A DNA stretch of 64,000 nucleotides, from the NCBI GenBank assembly GCA_034530875.2, contig JAVRCJ020000030.1:24939-88938 (forward strand), given 5' to 3'. Source of the DNA: Nostoc sp. DedSLP01. Lineage in GTDB: Bacteria; Cyanobacteriota; Cyanobacteriia; Cyanobacteriales; Nostocaceae. The notes under the pieces were generated by a model. The model searched no databases. It was not told where the DNA came from and saw nothing but the letters and a program-made list of their open reading frames with translations. Numbering within the stretch: position 1 is the first letter of the stretch; each line of letters starts with the position of its first letter. Below are positions 50,781-59,959 of the stretch, piece by piece. The position numbers and the translations under genes were made by a program.

Positions 50781-51241
50781 CAGTTGTATCCTAACTCTAG
50801 AAATCTAACATTGCATACCTTACTGAATTGCTCAAGCCTTTAATATACAGATATTTTGTGCGATCGCTCGATATTTTCACTTTGCTTGGAGCGCATTGAT
50901 TAATTTATTGGTATACAAATAGATTAATTTAGCTCACATGTATATCTGCGAGCTGTGGTGGCAGTTCAGCAACCTAGAAGTTACTTATATCCGTTTAGAT
51001 TTGTATACGCGATCGTTATTGGGACAGGGGAACACAAAAAACAAACTTCTTAACAGGTAGGGCAATCTTTAGATATATGATATTACCCTAAAAAATGCCT
51101 TTTACAGGATTTCAGAAATTTTACTTAATGTCTAAACGACACTAATAGCTATTATTTACTGATATTGGCTAAGAACGTGGAAGCTGATATTCATTGGATT
51201 TTGGATGTTGTTACTTACTTCATTTTCAATTTGTTTAAGCA

Positions 51242-51265
51242 ATATTTCTTACATGTAAGAAATAT
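51242..51265. promoter_or_regulatory. Perfect 24-bp palindrome in the divergent GT4/wzc promoter region
   Basis: ATATTTCTTACA|TGTAAGAAATAT. Confidence 0.5.
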
Positions 51266-51771
51266 GTATTGTGTTGTTATTCAATGTCACCGTTGAGACG
51301 TAATTTTCTACAACAATACCACGAGAAAAGTATGTTTTAAATTTACCAATATACTTTACCAAGATTTTATATACGACGGGAGTAAATAAATAAAAACTTT
51401 ATAAACTAATTTATTTTTCCAGACAAATAATTGATTCATGAAAACTTAGTACACTTATTATAAGCGTGACTACCTTTTTATTTTTAACAATAAATCAAAT
51501 ATCAGCCTTGTATACATAAGGTTAATAATTATATAATCTGATGCTTACAAAAATAGTTTTGCAAGACAGGGAAAGGGTTTTTTCTTAGCCCTTGACCCTT
51601 TACTGTTTACCCTTTTCGCATTTCTGGAAGAAATCGATTGATGGGGTCAAAAAAAACTTATCTCATCCTGTACAGATACGATTAATCACCTGGTATTTAC
51701 TGGCTACGGGAGCAAATTAGTGCAAAATCCAATACTAGCAATAATATAAAAACATTATTTAATTTTTAATA

Positions 51772-51785
51772 GTATGAAATTTTAC
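51772..51785. promoter_or_regulatory. Possible NtcA box (GTA-N8-TAC)
   Basis: GTATGAAATTTTAC with extended ATAGTA...TACTAT symmetry; a chance match is plausible in AT-rich DNA. Confidence 0.3.
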
Positions 51786-52131
51786 TATACTCAAACAAAG
51801 CCAGTGTTTTAAAAATAACAATCGATTGGTTATTCGTCGATATTGAAATGACTCTGGCTAGAATTAAGATCGAAGAGCGATCGCCTGCTTTCAACAGACG
51901 ACACTTTGGTGTAATTGCAAAGTAAATTTGACTTAACTATGATATGTTTTTCAAAAAATGTATACTCAATAACAGAAGTATTATTACCATTGCCCACTCA
52001 TATAGAATCTCAAGCAAATTAAAAAAACCATAAACTTAACAGTTGAAACTAATTAAACATCATCTTGTGAGATTGCTGAAGCTGCCATAGATATTTTTTC
52101 TAGCTATTTATTCATAAGTGTTTTTAAATAA

Positions 52132-54294
52132 ATGGAGAATCATTCTTCTAAATCATCAAATTATGAAGGCAATAGGAACTCTGCACAGCCATTTGTTCAA
52201 CCTCAATCTTCACCGTGGCCTGAAGAGGAAGCAAATGATTTTCGTTTCTCAGATTTACTAAATGTTGTACGACGACGAGGGTTAGTTATTGTAGGTGTAA
52301 CTATTATTCTAACCACAGTTCTTTTTGCCACCTTGATACGAAACCGTGAGTTACCAGTGTATGAAGGAAATTTTCGTCTATTAGTAGAACCTGTGACTGA
52401 TGACACCAAAGTAGTGGATATTATCAAAGACCCTAGCGCTAGCCAATCTGGTCTAGATTACGACAGCCAAATTGAGGTTCTCAAAAGTCCTGAATTGATG
52501 GAAGAGATTGTACAGGACTTGCAAACTACTTATCCAAACATCAGTTATGACTCTGCGATCGCAAATCTGACGATTTCTCGGGTTGCTGAAACTAAGATTA
52601 TAGAAGTTCGCTATCGGAGTCACGATCCAAATCAGATTCAAATTGTACTCGACCAAATCGCTAAGAATTATCTAGATTATAGCCGGGAAAGGCGGCAAAC
52701 TAAATTACGGCAAGGGATTAGCTTTGTTGAAAAACAACTGCCATTTATACAAAGCCGAGTTGACCAGTTTCAGAAAGAACTGCAATCATTCAGGCAAAAA
52801 TACGACTTTGTTGACCCAGACGCCCAGTCCGGACAACTTGCGGCTCGCATCAATAGTTTGTCCGAGCAACGACAAGGTATCGAGAGTCAATTAGCACAAG
52901 CTCGCGCCAGTCTTTCTTCTTTAAAGGAGAAAGATGGTCAGTTGGCAGCCCTAAAGGACGCTGCTTTATATCAACAGTTGTTGGCTGAGCTACAGAAACT
53001 AGACGTGCAAATTGCTACAGAGTCAACTCGTTTGCAAGATAATAACCCAACCATCCAAACATTAAAGCAGAAACGGGCAACGCTGTTAACAGTTGTCAAT
53101 ACCGAAGCGCAGCGTTTTCTAAGTACAAAAATTGCCGAAGTAACGACTCAACTTCAAACTCTAGAAGTGCAAAGCCAAGAGCTTGCGAAAGTAGAAGAGA
53201 AAACTGAAATGCAGCGTAAGCAATGGCCTATCTTGGCACGACAATACACTGAACTACAGCGAAAATTACAGGTCGCCACCGAGAGCCTGAATCGTTTTTT
53301 ATCTACTCGCGAAAGTCTTCAAATTCAGAACTCTCAGACAGAACTTGGCTGGCAGTTACTTAAGGCACCAAGTAAGCCTATGTTTCCGATTTCTAATTCG
53401 AGCATCAAGCGTTATTTAATGCCAGGATTGCTTGCGAGTATGGCCTTAGGAATTGGTATCGCTATGCTACTGGAAAAGCTCGATAATACCTACCATAGCG
53501 TTGAGGTATTAAAGGCAAAGGTCAAACTACCGTTGTTAGGAAATATCCCATTTGAAAAGCAAGTTGAAAGCACTCAATACCGCATATTTGAGCGAAAATT
53601 TCCCACAGAAACCATCCAAAGTCAGATTTGGAAAAGAATTCCTGCTTTGCAATTTTTAGGAGAAAAAAACTATAGCAACAACTCGGCAAAATTTTTAGAA
53701 GCTTTGCAGGTACTTTATACTAATATCCAATTAGTCAGTTGCGATCGCCCTATTACTTCTATGCTCGTTAGCTCTGCTATGCATGGTGATGGTAAGTCTA
53801 CTATTGCCTTGCATCTAGCTCAAGTAGCTGCAAATATGGGAAAACGAGTACTACTTGTAGATGCTGATTTACGTCAACCTCAGATTCACAACTTGTTAAA
53901 TTTAAATAACTTATGGGGTTTAAGTAATTTAATCTCGACAAACATAGCAACCAGCGAAGCAATCCAGCAACTATCGTCCATAAATCGACTATCTGTGATT
54001 ACTGCTGGATCTGTACCGTCCGATGCTACAAAACTGCTCGCCTCTGAAAAGATGAAGCAACTGATGAGAGATTTTCATAATACTTTTGACTTAGTAATTT
54101 ATGACACTCCTCCTTTATTAGATTTAGCTGATGTTAGCTTGTTGGCATCCCAAACTGATGGCATGTTACTAGTGGTAAGACTCGATAAAACAGACTCATC
54201 AATGATAAAGCGAACTTTAGAGCATCTAAAAACTTATCAGATGAATGTCTTAGGTATGGTTAGTAACGGTCACAGGAGCAGTAACAGTAATTAA
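52132..54294 (+). CDS. wzc: Polysaccharide co-polymerase / BY-kinase (GumC/Wzc family)
   Basis: Two TM segments around a coiled-coil periplasmic domain; Walker A GDGKST; VDADLR; YDTPP; no terminal Tyr cluster. Confidence 0.9.
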   Translation: MENHSSKSSNYEGNRNSAQPFVQPQSSPWPEEEANDFRFSDLLNVVRRRGLVIVGVTIILTTVLFATLIRNRELPVYEGNFRLLVEPVTDDTKVVDIIKDPSASQSGLDYDSQIEVLKSPELMEEIVQDLQTTYPNISYDSAIANLTISRVAETKIIEVRYRSHDPNQIQIVLDQIAKNYLDYSRERRQTKLRQGISFVEKQLPFIQSRVDQFQKELQSFRQKYDFVDPDAQSGQLAARINSLSEQRQGIESQLAQARASLSSLKEKDGQLAALKDAALYQQLLAELQKLDVQIATESTRLQDNNPTIQTLKQKRATLLTVVNTEAQRFLSTKIAEVTTQLQTLEVQSQELAKVEEKTEMQRKQWPILARQYTELQRKLQVATESLNRFLSTRESLQIQNSQTELGWQLLKAPSKPMFPISNSSIKRYLMPGLLASMALGIGIAMLLEKLDNTYHSVEVLKAKVKLPLLGNIPFEKQVESTQYRIFERKFPTETIQSQIWKRIPALQFLGEKNYSNNSAKFLEALQVLYTNIQLVSCDRPITSMLVSSAMHGDGKSTIALHLAQVAANMGKRVLLVDADLRQPQIHNLLNLNNLWGLSNLISTNIATSEAIQQLSSINRLSVITAGSVPSDATKLLASEKMKQLMRDFHNTFDLVIYDTPPLLDLADVSLLASQTDGMLLVVRLDKTDSSMIKRTLEHLKTYQMNVLGMVSNGHRSSNSN

Positions 54295-54394
54295 TCCAGC
54301 GTTGCTGGTTAATTATTTTAGGCGATCGCTTATTCACATTTAAGTTAAAAAATCACATCATTTACCAATTCCAGAAAAAAATGAAATAGATACG

Positions 54395-54560
54395 TAGGTT
54401 GGGTTGTAGCTTGCTTAAGAGTAGGGGTACAGAGTGAAACCCAACATCCCAAAGTCTTGCAATTGTTGGGTTACCCTGCGGGAAGCAAGCTACGTTTCTC
54501 AAACGCCACTTGCTTTAAGCCGGGAAACCCGTCCAACGCAGTGGCTCCCCAACCTGCACC
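54395..54560. mobile_element. Nested REP/SDR-like micro-elements between the convergent wzc and Mn-catalase genes
   Basis: GTAGGTTGGGTT...AAACCCAACA / TGTTGGGTT...CCCAACCTGC scaffold, interrupted by GTAGCTTGCTT... / ...AAGCAAGCTAC and GCCACTTG...CAGTGGC units. Confidence 0.7.
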
Positions 54561-54592
54561 CACATGATATTTTTTGTGAAATGGTATGAGTA

Positions 54593-55513
54593 TTAGCTAC
54601 CAATTGTCGTGCGCTCAGTTACAGAAGGCGCATCCGAACCACTGCCCTGTATTTGTCCGGGTTTCGGGGTACCATGTAGACGAGGATCGGGCTGGGGTGG
54701 TTCTGGTTCTGGCCCCAGTGGTTTGGGATTTGGCACATACTGGAATTCACCTTTACCATCCATTGATTGGCCTTTCGCCCAACGGCCATCAGAACTTTCG
54801 ATTCCTTCTGAGTGATTCCAGAACTGATAAGAAAACTCGCGTTTCTCCAATTCCAATGGGAAGGAACTAGGAACTGGAGTGCTTTCCAGTCCAGAACTTT
54901 CCAAATCTTCAATGGTTGCTAGCCACAGGTTTTGATGCATCGTATCGCGGGCAATCATGAAGCTCAAGGTATCTTTCACACCGGGATCGTTGCTCATCTC
55001 ATACAGTCGTACTGCTTGCAAACGTCCCTGACTTTCTGCGTGGAGATTCGAGCGAAAGTCTGCTAAAAGGTTACCACTGGAGACAACAAAGCGACCGTTC
55101 CAAGGATAGCCGACGCTATCAGATGGCGTCGGGCCCAAACCAGAAACAATGGCATGTTGGGGGTTCATCGCCGCTGCCATAATCACATCTCGGGGGTTAG
55201 AACCGCCCATTACTGCACCCACAACGGGATCCTGTGCACCTTCTTCTTGTACTTTGAGTGGTGCTTTATCCAGAAGATGGGCAATCATTGTAGCCAGCAT
55301 CTCAACGTGGCCGATTTCCTCAGTACCAACATCTAACAGCATATCCCGATACTTAACAGGCCCTCGACAGTTCCAGCCTTGAAACAGGTACTGCATCATC
55401 ACGGTCATTTCCCCAAAAGTCCCGCCAATGAGTTCTTGAATTTTCATGGCGTAGACCGGATCTGGTTTTTCTGGCGGCTTAAAATACTGTAGTTTCTTGG
55501 TGTGATAAAACAT
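54593..55513 (-). CDS. Manganese catalase family protein
   Basis: QELIGG.FGEM...MQYLFQ; DVGTEEIGHVEM; N..AESQGR; RDTMHQ. Confidence 0.93.
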   Translation of the reverse strand: MFYHTKKLQYFKPPEKPDPVYAMKIQELIGGTFGEMTVMMQYLFQGWNCRGPVKYRDMLLDVGTEEIGHVEMLATMIAHLLDKAPLKVQEEGAQDPVVGAVMGGSNPRDVIMAAAMNPQHAIVSGLGPTPSDSVGYPWNGRFVVSSGNLLADFRSNLHAESQGRLQAVRLYEMSNDPGVKDTLSFMIARDTMHQNLWLATIEDLESSGLESTPVPSSFPLELEKREFSYQFWNHSEGIESSDGRWAKGQSMDGKGEFQYVPNPKPLGPEPEPPQPDPRLHGTPKPGQIQGSGSDAPSVTERTTIGS

Positions 55514-55704
55514 TTGGATTCCTTTTTAATTGCAGATATTGCCAACGCAAATAAACGCAAAAGAAAATTATTGCCAAGCTTTTATTCGATATTTGCGTTG
55601 CCTCTTCTTCTCTAGGAAACTAAGTAAATGCTTTATGTTCATCAGCCTCTAGTCTGATAAAAATGTGGCAGAATTTTAGCAAATTTAAAACTATGGAGGC
55701 ATAT

Positions 55705-55733
55705 AAAAAAACACAGATGAACAATCATCTGTG
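55705..55733 (-). terminator. Intrinsic terminator after the cupin gene
   Basis: CACAGATGA-4nt-TCATCTGTG stem followed by a U7 tract on the minus strand. Confidence 0.7.
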
Positions 55734-55758
55734 CTAAACCAATTTGAAGTTTTAGTTT

Positions 55759-56100
55759 TTAATTTTCATCGCGTCCATGAACTTGAGCAGGGGGACTGGT
55801 TGCCTCAACAGCAGTAAATGGTTCTAGAATTTTATATGTGTGGCTGGCTCCTTTTGGAACTACCCAAGAGTTCCCCGGCTCTAACAAAATCGTTTGCCCC
55901 TCAATGTGCAATTCTGCACGACCATTAATGACATAACCCACAGTTTCATATTCCCGTGCTGCTGATTCTTTAGGTTCATTTGGTTGTTCATTTTCCCATA
56001 GACGCATGGAAATAGTTTTACCCGATGCGAGATATTTTTGGCCAAGTTGGCCTTTGGGAGAATAAGCTGAGTCTATCTTGGTAACAGTTTTATCGGTCAT
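55759..56100 (-). CDS. Cupin domain protein
   Basis: YETVGYVI.GRAELHIEGQ...L.PG.SWVVPKGA.H.Y. Confidence 0.88.
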   Translation of the reverse strand: MTDKTVTKIDSAYSPKGQLGQKYLASGKTISMRLWENEQPNEPKESAAREYETVGYVINGRAELHIEGQTILLEPGNSWVVPKGASHTYKILEPFTAVEATSPPAQVHGRDEN

Positions 56101-56419
56101 ATTTTCTTCCTTGATAATTTATGGTGCTTGTATATTGATTTATGAATTCCTACGCAATAAATAGCCAAAAATTTTAGCTAGCAAATTTATTCCGAAGCTA
56201 AAATATGGCTTAAAAACTCGTGTTTCTGCGTTACTACGACTGTGTGCCAAAAATCAAAGCTTCTATCTTTGGTAAAATCCGAAGTGCTATTACTTATTAA
56301 GGTAGGCAATAGGGAATTGCCTATTGCCTCTTGTTTCTTGTCTTAGGTGTACTTGATTTATGTAAGCGATCGCATTAGATTGCTATAGCAAGTCACAAAT
56401 TTCCAAACTTGCTAAAATT

Positions 56420-56818
56420 CTAGTCTCTGTCTCTAACCGATGTGCCAGGAGCATATTGGTAATAACCTTGGGTATCTCTCTGTAATCGGCTATTTGTGTC
56501 TGCGCCTTTGTTTTTTGTAGAATCAAAAAACTCTTTTGTAGCTTGGGGAGTTTCTTCGTCTAAGTTGAGCTTTTCACGGACATTATCAAAAGCGTTTTTG
56601 ATTTTATTTTGAGAATTTTGGATTTGGTTATTGTTTCTATTGTCAACTTGGGAGTCTGGTACGCCTTTATAATAAGTACCCTCTGGTGTGATCGTATCTG
56701 CTTGTGCGATATTGCCAAAGCTAAAAGCTTGGCCGAGCAAAAACATAAATCCTACCAGAAAAGCCACAATAATCTGGCGCATACGAATATTTTTTAGCCA
56801 AGAAGTTAGTCGGTTCAT
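56420..56818 (-). CDS. Hypothetical secreted/membrane-anchored hydrophilic protein
   Basis: ATG at 56818 with GAGG SD; N-terminal hydrophobic segment ending AQA; NVREKLNLDE motif; hydrophilic tail. Confidence 0.7.
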   Translation of the reverse strand: MNRLTSWLKNIRMRQIIVAFLVGFMFLLGQAFSFGNIAQADTITPEGTYYKGVPDSQVDNRNNNQIQNSQNKIKNAFDNVREKLNLDEETPQATKEFFDSTKNKGADTNSRLQRDTQGYYQYAPGTSVRDRD

Positions 56819-56997
56819 AGAAATCCTCAATTTGATTATGTTTGGTGTAAAATTCGTAAATTTGAATGACTGTTTGCCATTCATTATTTGATAACAACTT
56901 CCTCGAAGTTGTCTTTCTTTTTTCAAGAGGCAAAGCCTCTATATCTGCATTTCTAGGCTATTGCTAGAAACGAGAATTGAAGAAAGTCTGTTTTTCG

Positions 56998-57023
56998 TAG
57001 GGAAGCACAACTTTGCTTCCCTA
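56998..57023. terminator. GTAG-type hairpin after the DJ-1/PfpI gene
   Basis: TAGGGAAGCA-6nt-TGCTTCCCTA. Confidence 0.55.
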
Positions 57024-57033
57024 TAATGACTAT

Positions 57034-58131
57034 TTACATCGATACGGCAGCACCTGTAGTAGGCTTGGGAGGCTGAATTTGAGAAGCTGTCCGCGCCCGA
57101 TACAATTCTAGTAATCGCTGTTCGTACTTCAATAAATCCTGGTAAATTTCTTTAAAAATAGCAGTTGCTACCGGATCGGTGTACATTGCCGACAAATTTC
57201 CAATATCGCCAATGCCAGTTTGCAAATCTCCCAAAGCAGAACGTAATTGATATATGTCGTCACTTCCTGTTAAGGCACTTTTCACTTTGGCATACTGATT
57301 GGCAATATTCGCGCTTAAAGAGGGTTTTTCGCCCAAAATTTGGAGATATGTTTCTAGCTTTTGAATATGGCGTTGTTTGTTGCCAATCATTTCTTGAAAA
57401 AGAGATTTTATTTCGCTATCTGACTCTTTTTCAAAGTATTTTTCTAAAGCTTCTAAAGAGTAACGTTCGCCAGCTAGGGCAGTATTTACACCTCTGCCAA
57501 TTTCGCTTTTTGTTGAACCACCCCAAGCATCAGCTAATTTCCACCATTCGGCAGTTGTATCTTTTTCATCTGGCAATGCTGCATCTTTGCCTCCATAACC
57601 TAAGCGACTCAGAATAGCTGTGGTGAAAATTGCCAAGTCTCCAGGTTCCCTAGATGTAATTAAATTTCCATCTACTACTAAGGGTTCATCTATATATTTT
57701 GCGCCGGCATTAATGATGTCTTTGCTAATAGCACTAAAGCCAGTAACTTGTTTACCTTGAAGTAAATCGCCTTCAATTAAAAGCTGCGGCCCGTGGCAAA
57801 CGGCAGCTATTAATTTTCCTTGCTGTGTGGCTTCTTGTACGAAGCGTACCATGTTAGGGTTGCGGCGCATTCTGTCAGGAGCCATACCACCAGGAATTAC
57901 TACCGCATCGAATTGGGCTGCGATCGCTTCTGTTGTAGTGCCATCGGCTTGTATGCTTAGTTTACCGCGTTTTCCCTTGTATTTTTCATTCATCCGGGAA
58001 CCAAGGACTACTACTTCTATTCCTGCTTGTTTGAGTCCATTATAAGGAACTGTAAATTCTGGATCCTCTACCGCTTGTTCAATAAGGATAGCAACTTTTT
58101 TCTTACCAGAATGATTGTTAATTTGAGTCAT
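57034..58131 (-). CDS. DJ-1/PfpI family protein fused to a C-terminal ferritin-like four-helix domain
   Basis: VEDPEF; FDAVVIPGG.APDRMR; AAVCHGPQ (nucleophile Cys); DGNLITSR.P.DL; helical C-terminal half (E....ALE.Y...E.....RH...LE). Confidence 0.88.
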   Translation of the reverse strand: MTQINNHSGKKKVAILIEQAVEDPEFTVPYNGLKQAGIEVVVLGSRMNEKYKGKRGKLSIQADGTTTEAIAAQFDAVVIPGGMAPDRMRRNPNMVRFVQEATQQGKLIAAVCHGPQLLIEGDLLQGKQVTGFSAISKDIINAGAKYIDEPLVVDGNLITSREPGDLAIFTTAILSRLGYGGKDAALPDEKDTTAEWWKLADAWGGSTKSEIGRGVNTALAGERYSLEALEKYFEKESDSEIKSLFQEMIGNKQRHIQKLETYLQILGEKPSLSANIANQYAKVKSALTGSDDIYQLRSALGDLQTGIGDIGNLSAMYTDPVATAIFKEIYQDLLKYEQRLLELYRARTASQIQPPKPTTGAAVSM

Positions 58132-58249
58132 AGTATGGTATTGCCTATTTTTTCTAGTATTTAACTAGCTAGTATTTTCATCAATGAGAACAATTAAACA
58201 ACTAGAATCTTGCGCTTATAAGTGTTTAAATCGTTCGTTATGCCAGTGC

Positions 58250-58639
58250 TTAACCTGTTGGCGAAGCAGCAAACAATTGTTCATAGTCGCGAGATAAATG
58301 GGCGTGAAAAGCACCAAATATTTCTGGGTCGATCGCGTTTTGCAACACAGCAAATACAGCCCGGACATGAATTGCAGTAATAGTTGGTTCTATATTTTCT
58401 TTTTGACTCGCACGTGCTATAAATTCTTGTAAGCTGAAATAACGATCGCTATTTCCTTCTCCCCCTCGTAAGAAATTGCCTAGTTTTTCGGGTAAGTTTG
58501 CAGCTAATTGTTGTGCTTCATCAGATGCGATTCGTTCTTTAAGGGTTTCTAATTTGGCGCGAGTAGCACGTTCTGCCTCTTCACGAGAATCTGATTGAGC
58601 CAGAGTTTGTACGTGGGTAATGAACTCGTCGTATTCCAT
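58250..58639 (-). CDS. DUF2267-like protein
   Basis: YDEFI..VQ.....SREEAERATRA.LETL.ERI...EA..LAA.LP; AVF.VL..AI. Confidence 0.8.
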   Translation of the reverse strand: MEYDEFITHVQTLAQSDSREEAERATRAKLETLKERIASDEAQQLAANLPEKLGNFLRGGEGNSDRYFSLQEFIARASQKENIEPTITAIHVRAVFAVLQNAIDPEIFGAFHAHLSRDYEQLFAASPTG

Positions 58640-59006
58640 TGCCTACCTCCGCTGTTGAAAATTATTGAATGTTTTGTTGTTTAACATTCAGGTAGTTAAC
58701 GACATTAATAAAATAAAATGTTAAATAACTAATTTAAAAGTTGAATTTTGTCTGCTAAAAAATAGTTACAAGTCAGAAGCTGATTATCGACTTATATCGG
58801 TTTAGTAACTCCTAACTCATAACTAAATAACTTCAACTACAAGTTGCTTGACCATGAATTTATGTTTCCAATCTTAACGCTGCGATCGCCAATTTTTCTT
58901 CGTACTAAGGGGATAGATTATTTTATGACTAAAGCCATACATCTTTAGAAAGACAACTTATTGCTCAGAAAACGTTATTGTAAGAGTGCAGAAAATAGCT
59001 AGTAAT

Positions 59007-59405
59007 ATGGCACAAAAAAATCAGAATGAAAAAATAGAAAGCGATGATTTGCCGCAAGAAATTACTGAATCTTACGGTACTGGTGTGAAAGAGTTGCCAG
59101 GGTACAATATTGGCGGGCGATCGCTACAAACCGAAAGACACGAGTACACAGAAACTAGCCCGGAACTGACTGGTGGGGATGTCGATGCTTATTGGCAGGA
59201 TGCAGACGCAGTTGGAGATGAAGCTGTTGGCGGTACTACTGCCACTCCCGATCAAAATGTAACTGAAGAATTAGAAGCCGCAGTAGGCTTGGAAATGGAT
59301 GATTTGGCGTTTCTACGTACCAACGATATTTTAGAAGAACGTGACGATAGACGCTGGGAACTAGATCCCAAGTCTGCCGAAGATTATCAGGAACGGCGAG
59401 AATAA
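59007..59405 (+). CDS. Small acidic hypothetical protein (DUF6335-like)
   Basis: SPELTGGDVDA.WQ.A..VGDEAVGG...TPDQNV; RWELDPKSAED; ATG at 59007 (ORF track GTG at 58986). Confidence 0.75.
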   Translation: MAQKNQNEKIESDDLPQEITESYGTGVKELPGYNIGGRSLQTERHEYTETSPELTGGDVDAYWQDADAVGDEAVGGTTATPDQNVTEELEAAVGLEMDDLAFLRTNDILEERDDRRWELDPKSAEDYQERRE

Positions 59406-59504
59406 ACTGGGCATGGGGCACAACAGGCAGAGGGGCAGAGGGGCAGAGGGGAAAGACTGCTGGAACTACTCCTCTGCTCCTATCTCCCCAGTCCCTTTTA
59501 AAAG

Positions 59505-59864
59505 CTATTCTTCTTGGACATCAATCCAAATACTGCCTTCTTCGACGCGAATCGGAAAAACTGGCAGTGGTTTCTCTTGTGAAACCAAGGAGAGTACTTT
59601 ACCTACAGCAGGCGGCCAAGTACACCAAGTTTTTGGCTCACCAGTACTTAGGTCAAAACTGCTGCGATGGAAAGAACAAACAATTGCCCCATCTTCTGTA
59701 ATTTTTGCACTTTTCAAAGGCAAATTTAAGTGGGGACACTTGCCATCTACGGCATAAAGCTGATTTTCGTGATTTAATACTAGGATTTTGCGATTACCAA
59801 CTTTTACCACTTGTCGCGTACCTGGTGAAAGCGCTTCGGCTGCAAGAACTTTAGTCCAACTCAT
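59505..59864 (-). CDS. Rieske [2Fe-2S] ferredoxin
   Basis: CPH...CSFH; likely start MSWTKV at 59864. Confidence 0.9.
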   Translation of the reverse strand: MSWTKVLAAEALSPGTRQVVKVGNRKILVLNHENQLYAVDGKCPHLNLPLKSAKITEDGAIVCSFHRSSFDLSTGEPKTWCTWPPAVGKVLSLVSQEKPLPVFPIRVEEGSIWIDVQEE

Positions 59865-59959
59865 TAGGTTCTCTCTTTCTAATAGATCTGCTTTTAGTTT
59901 CTCGCAATTGTGGCTAGCGCGATCGCTTTTCAAGAATCAGAGGCGGGGAGTCGAGTATC

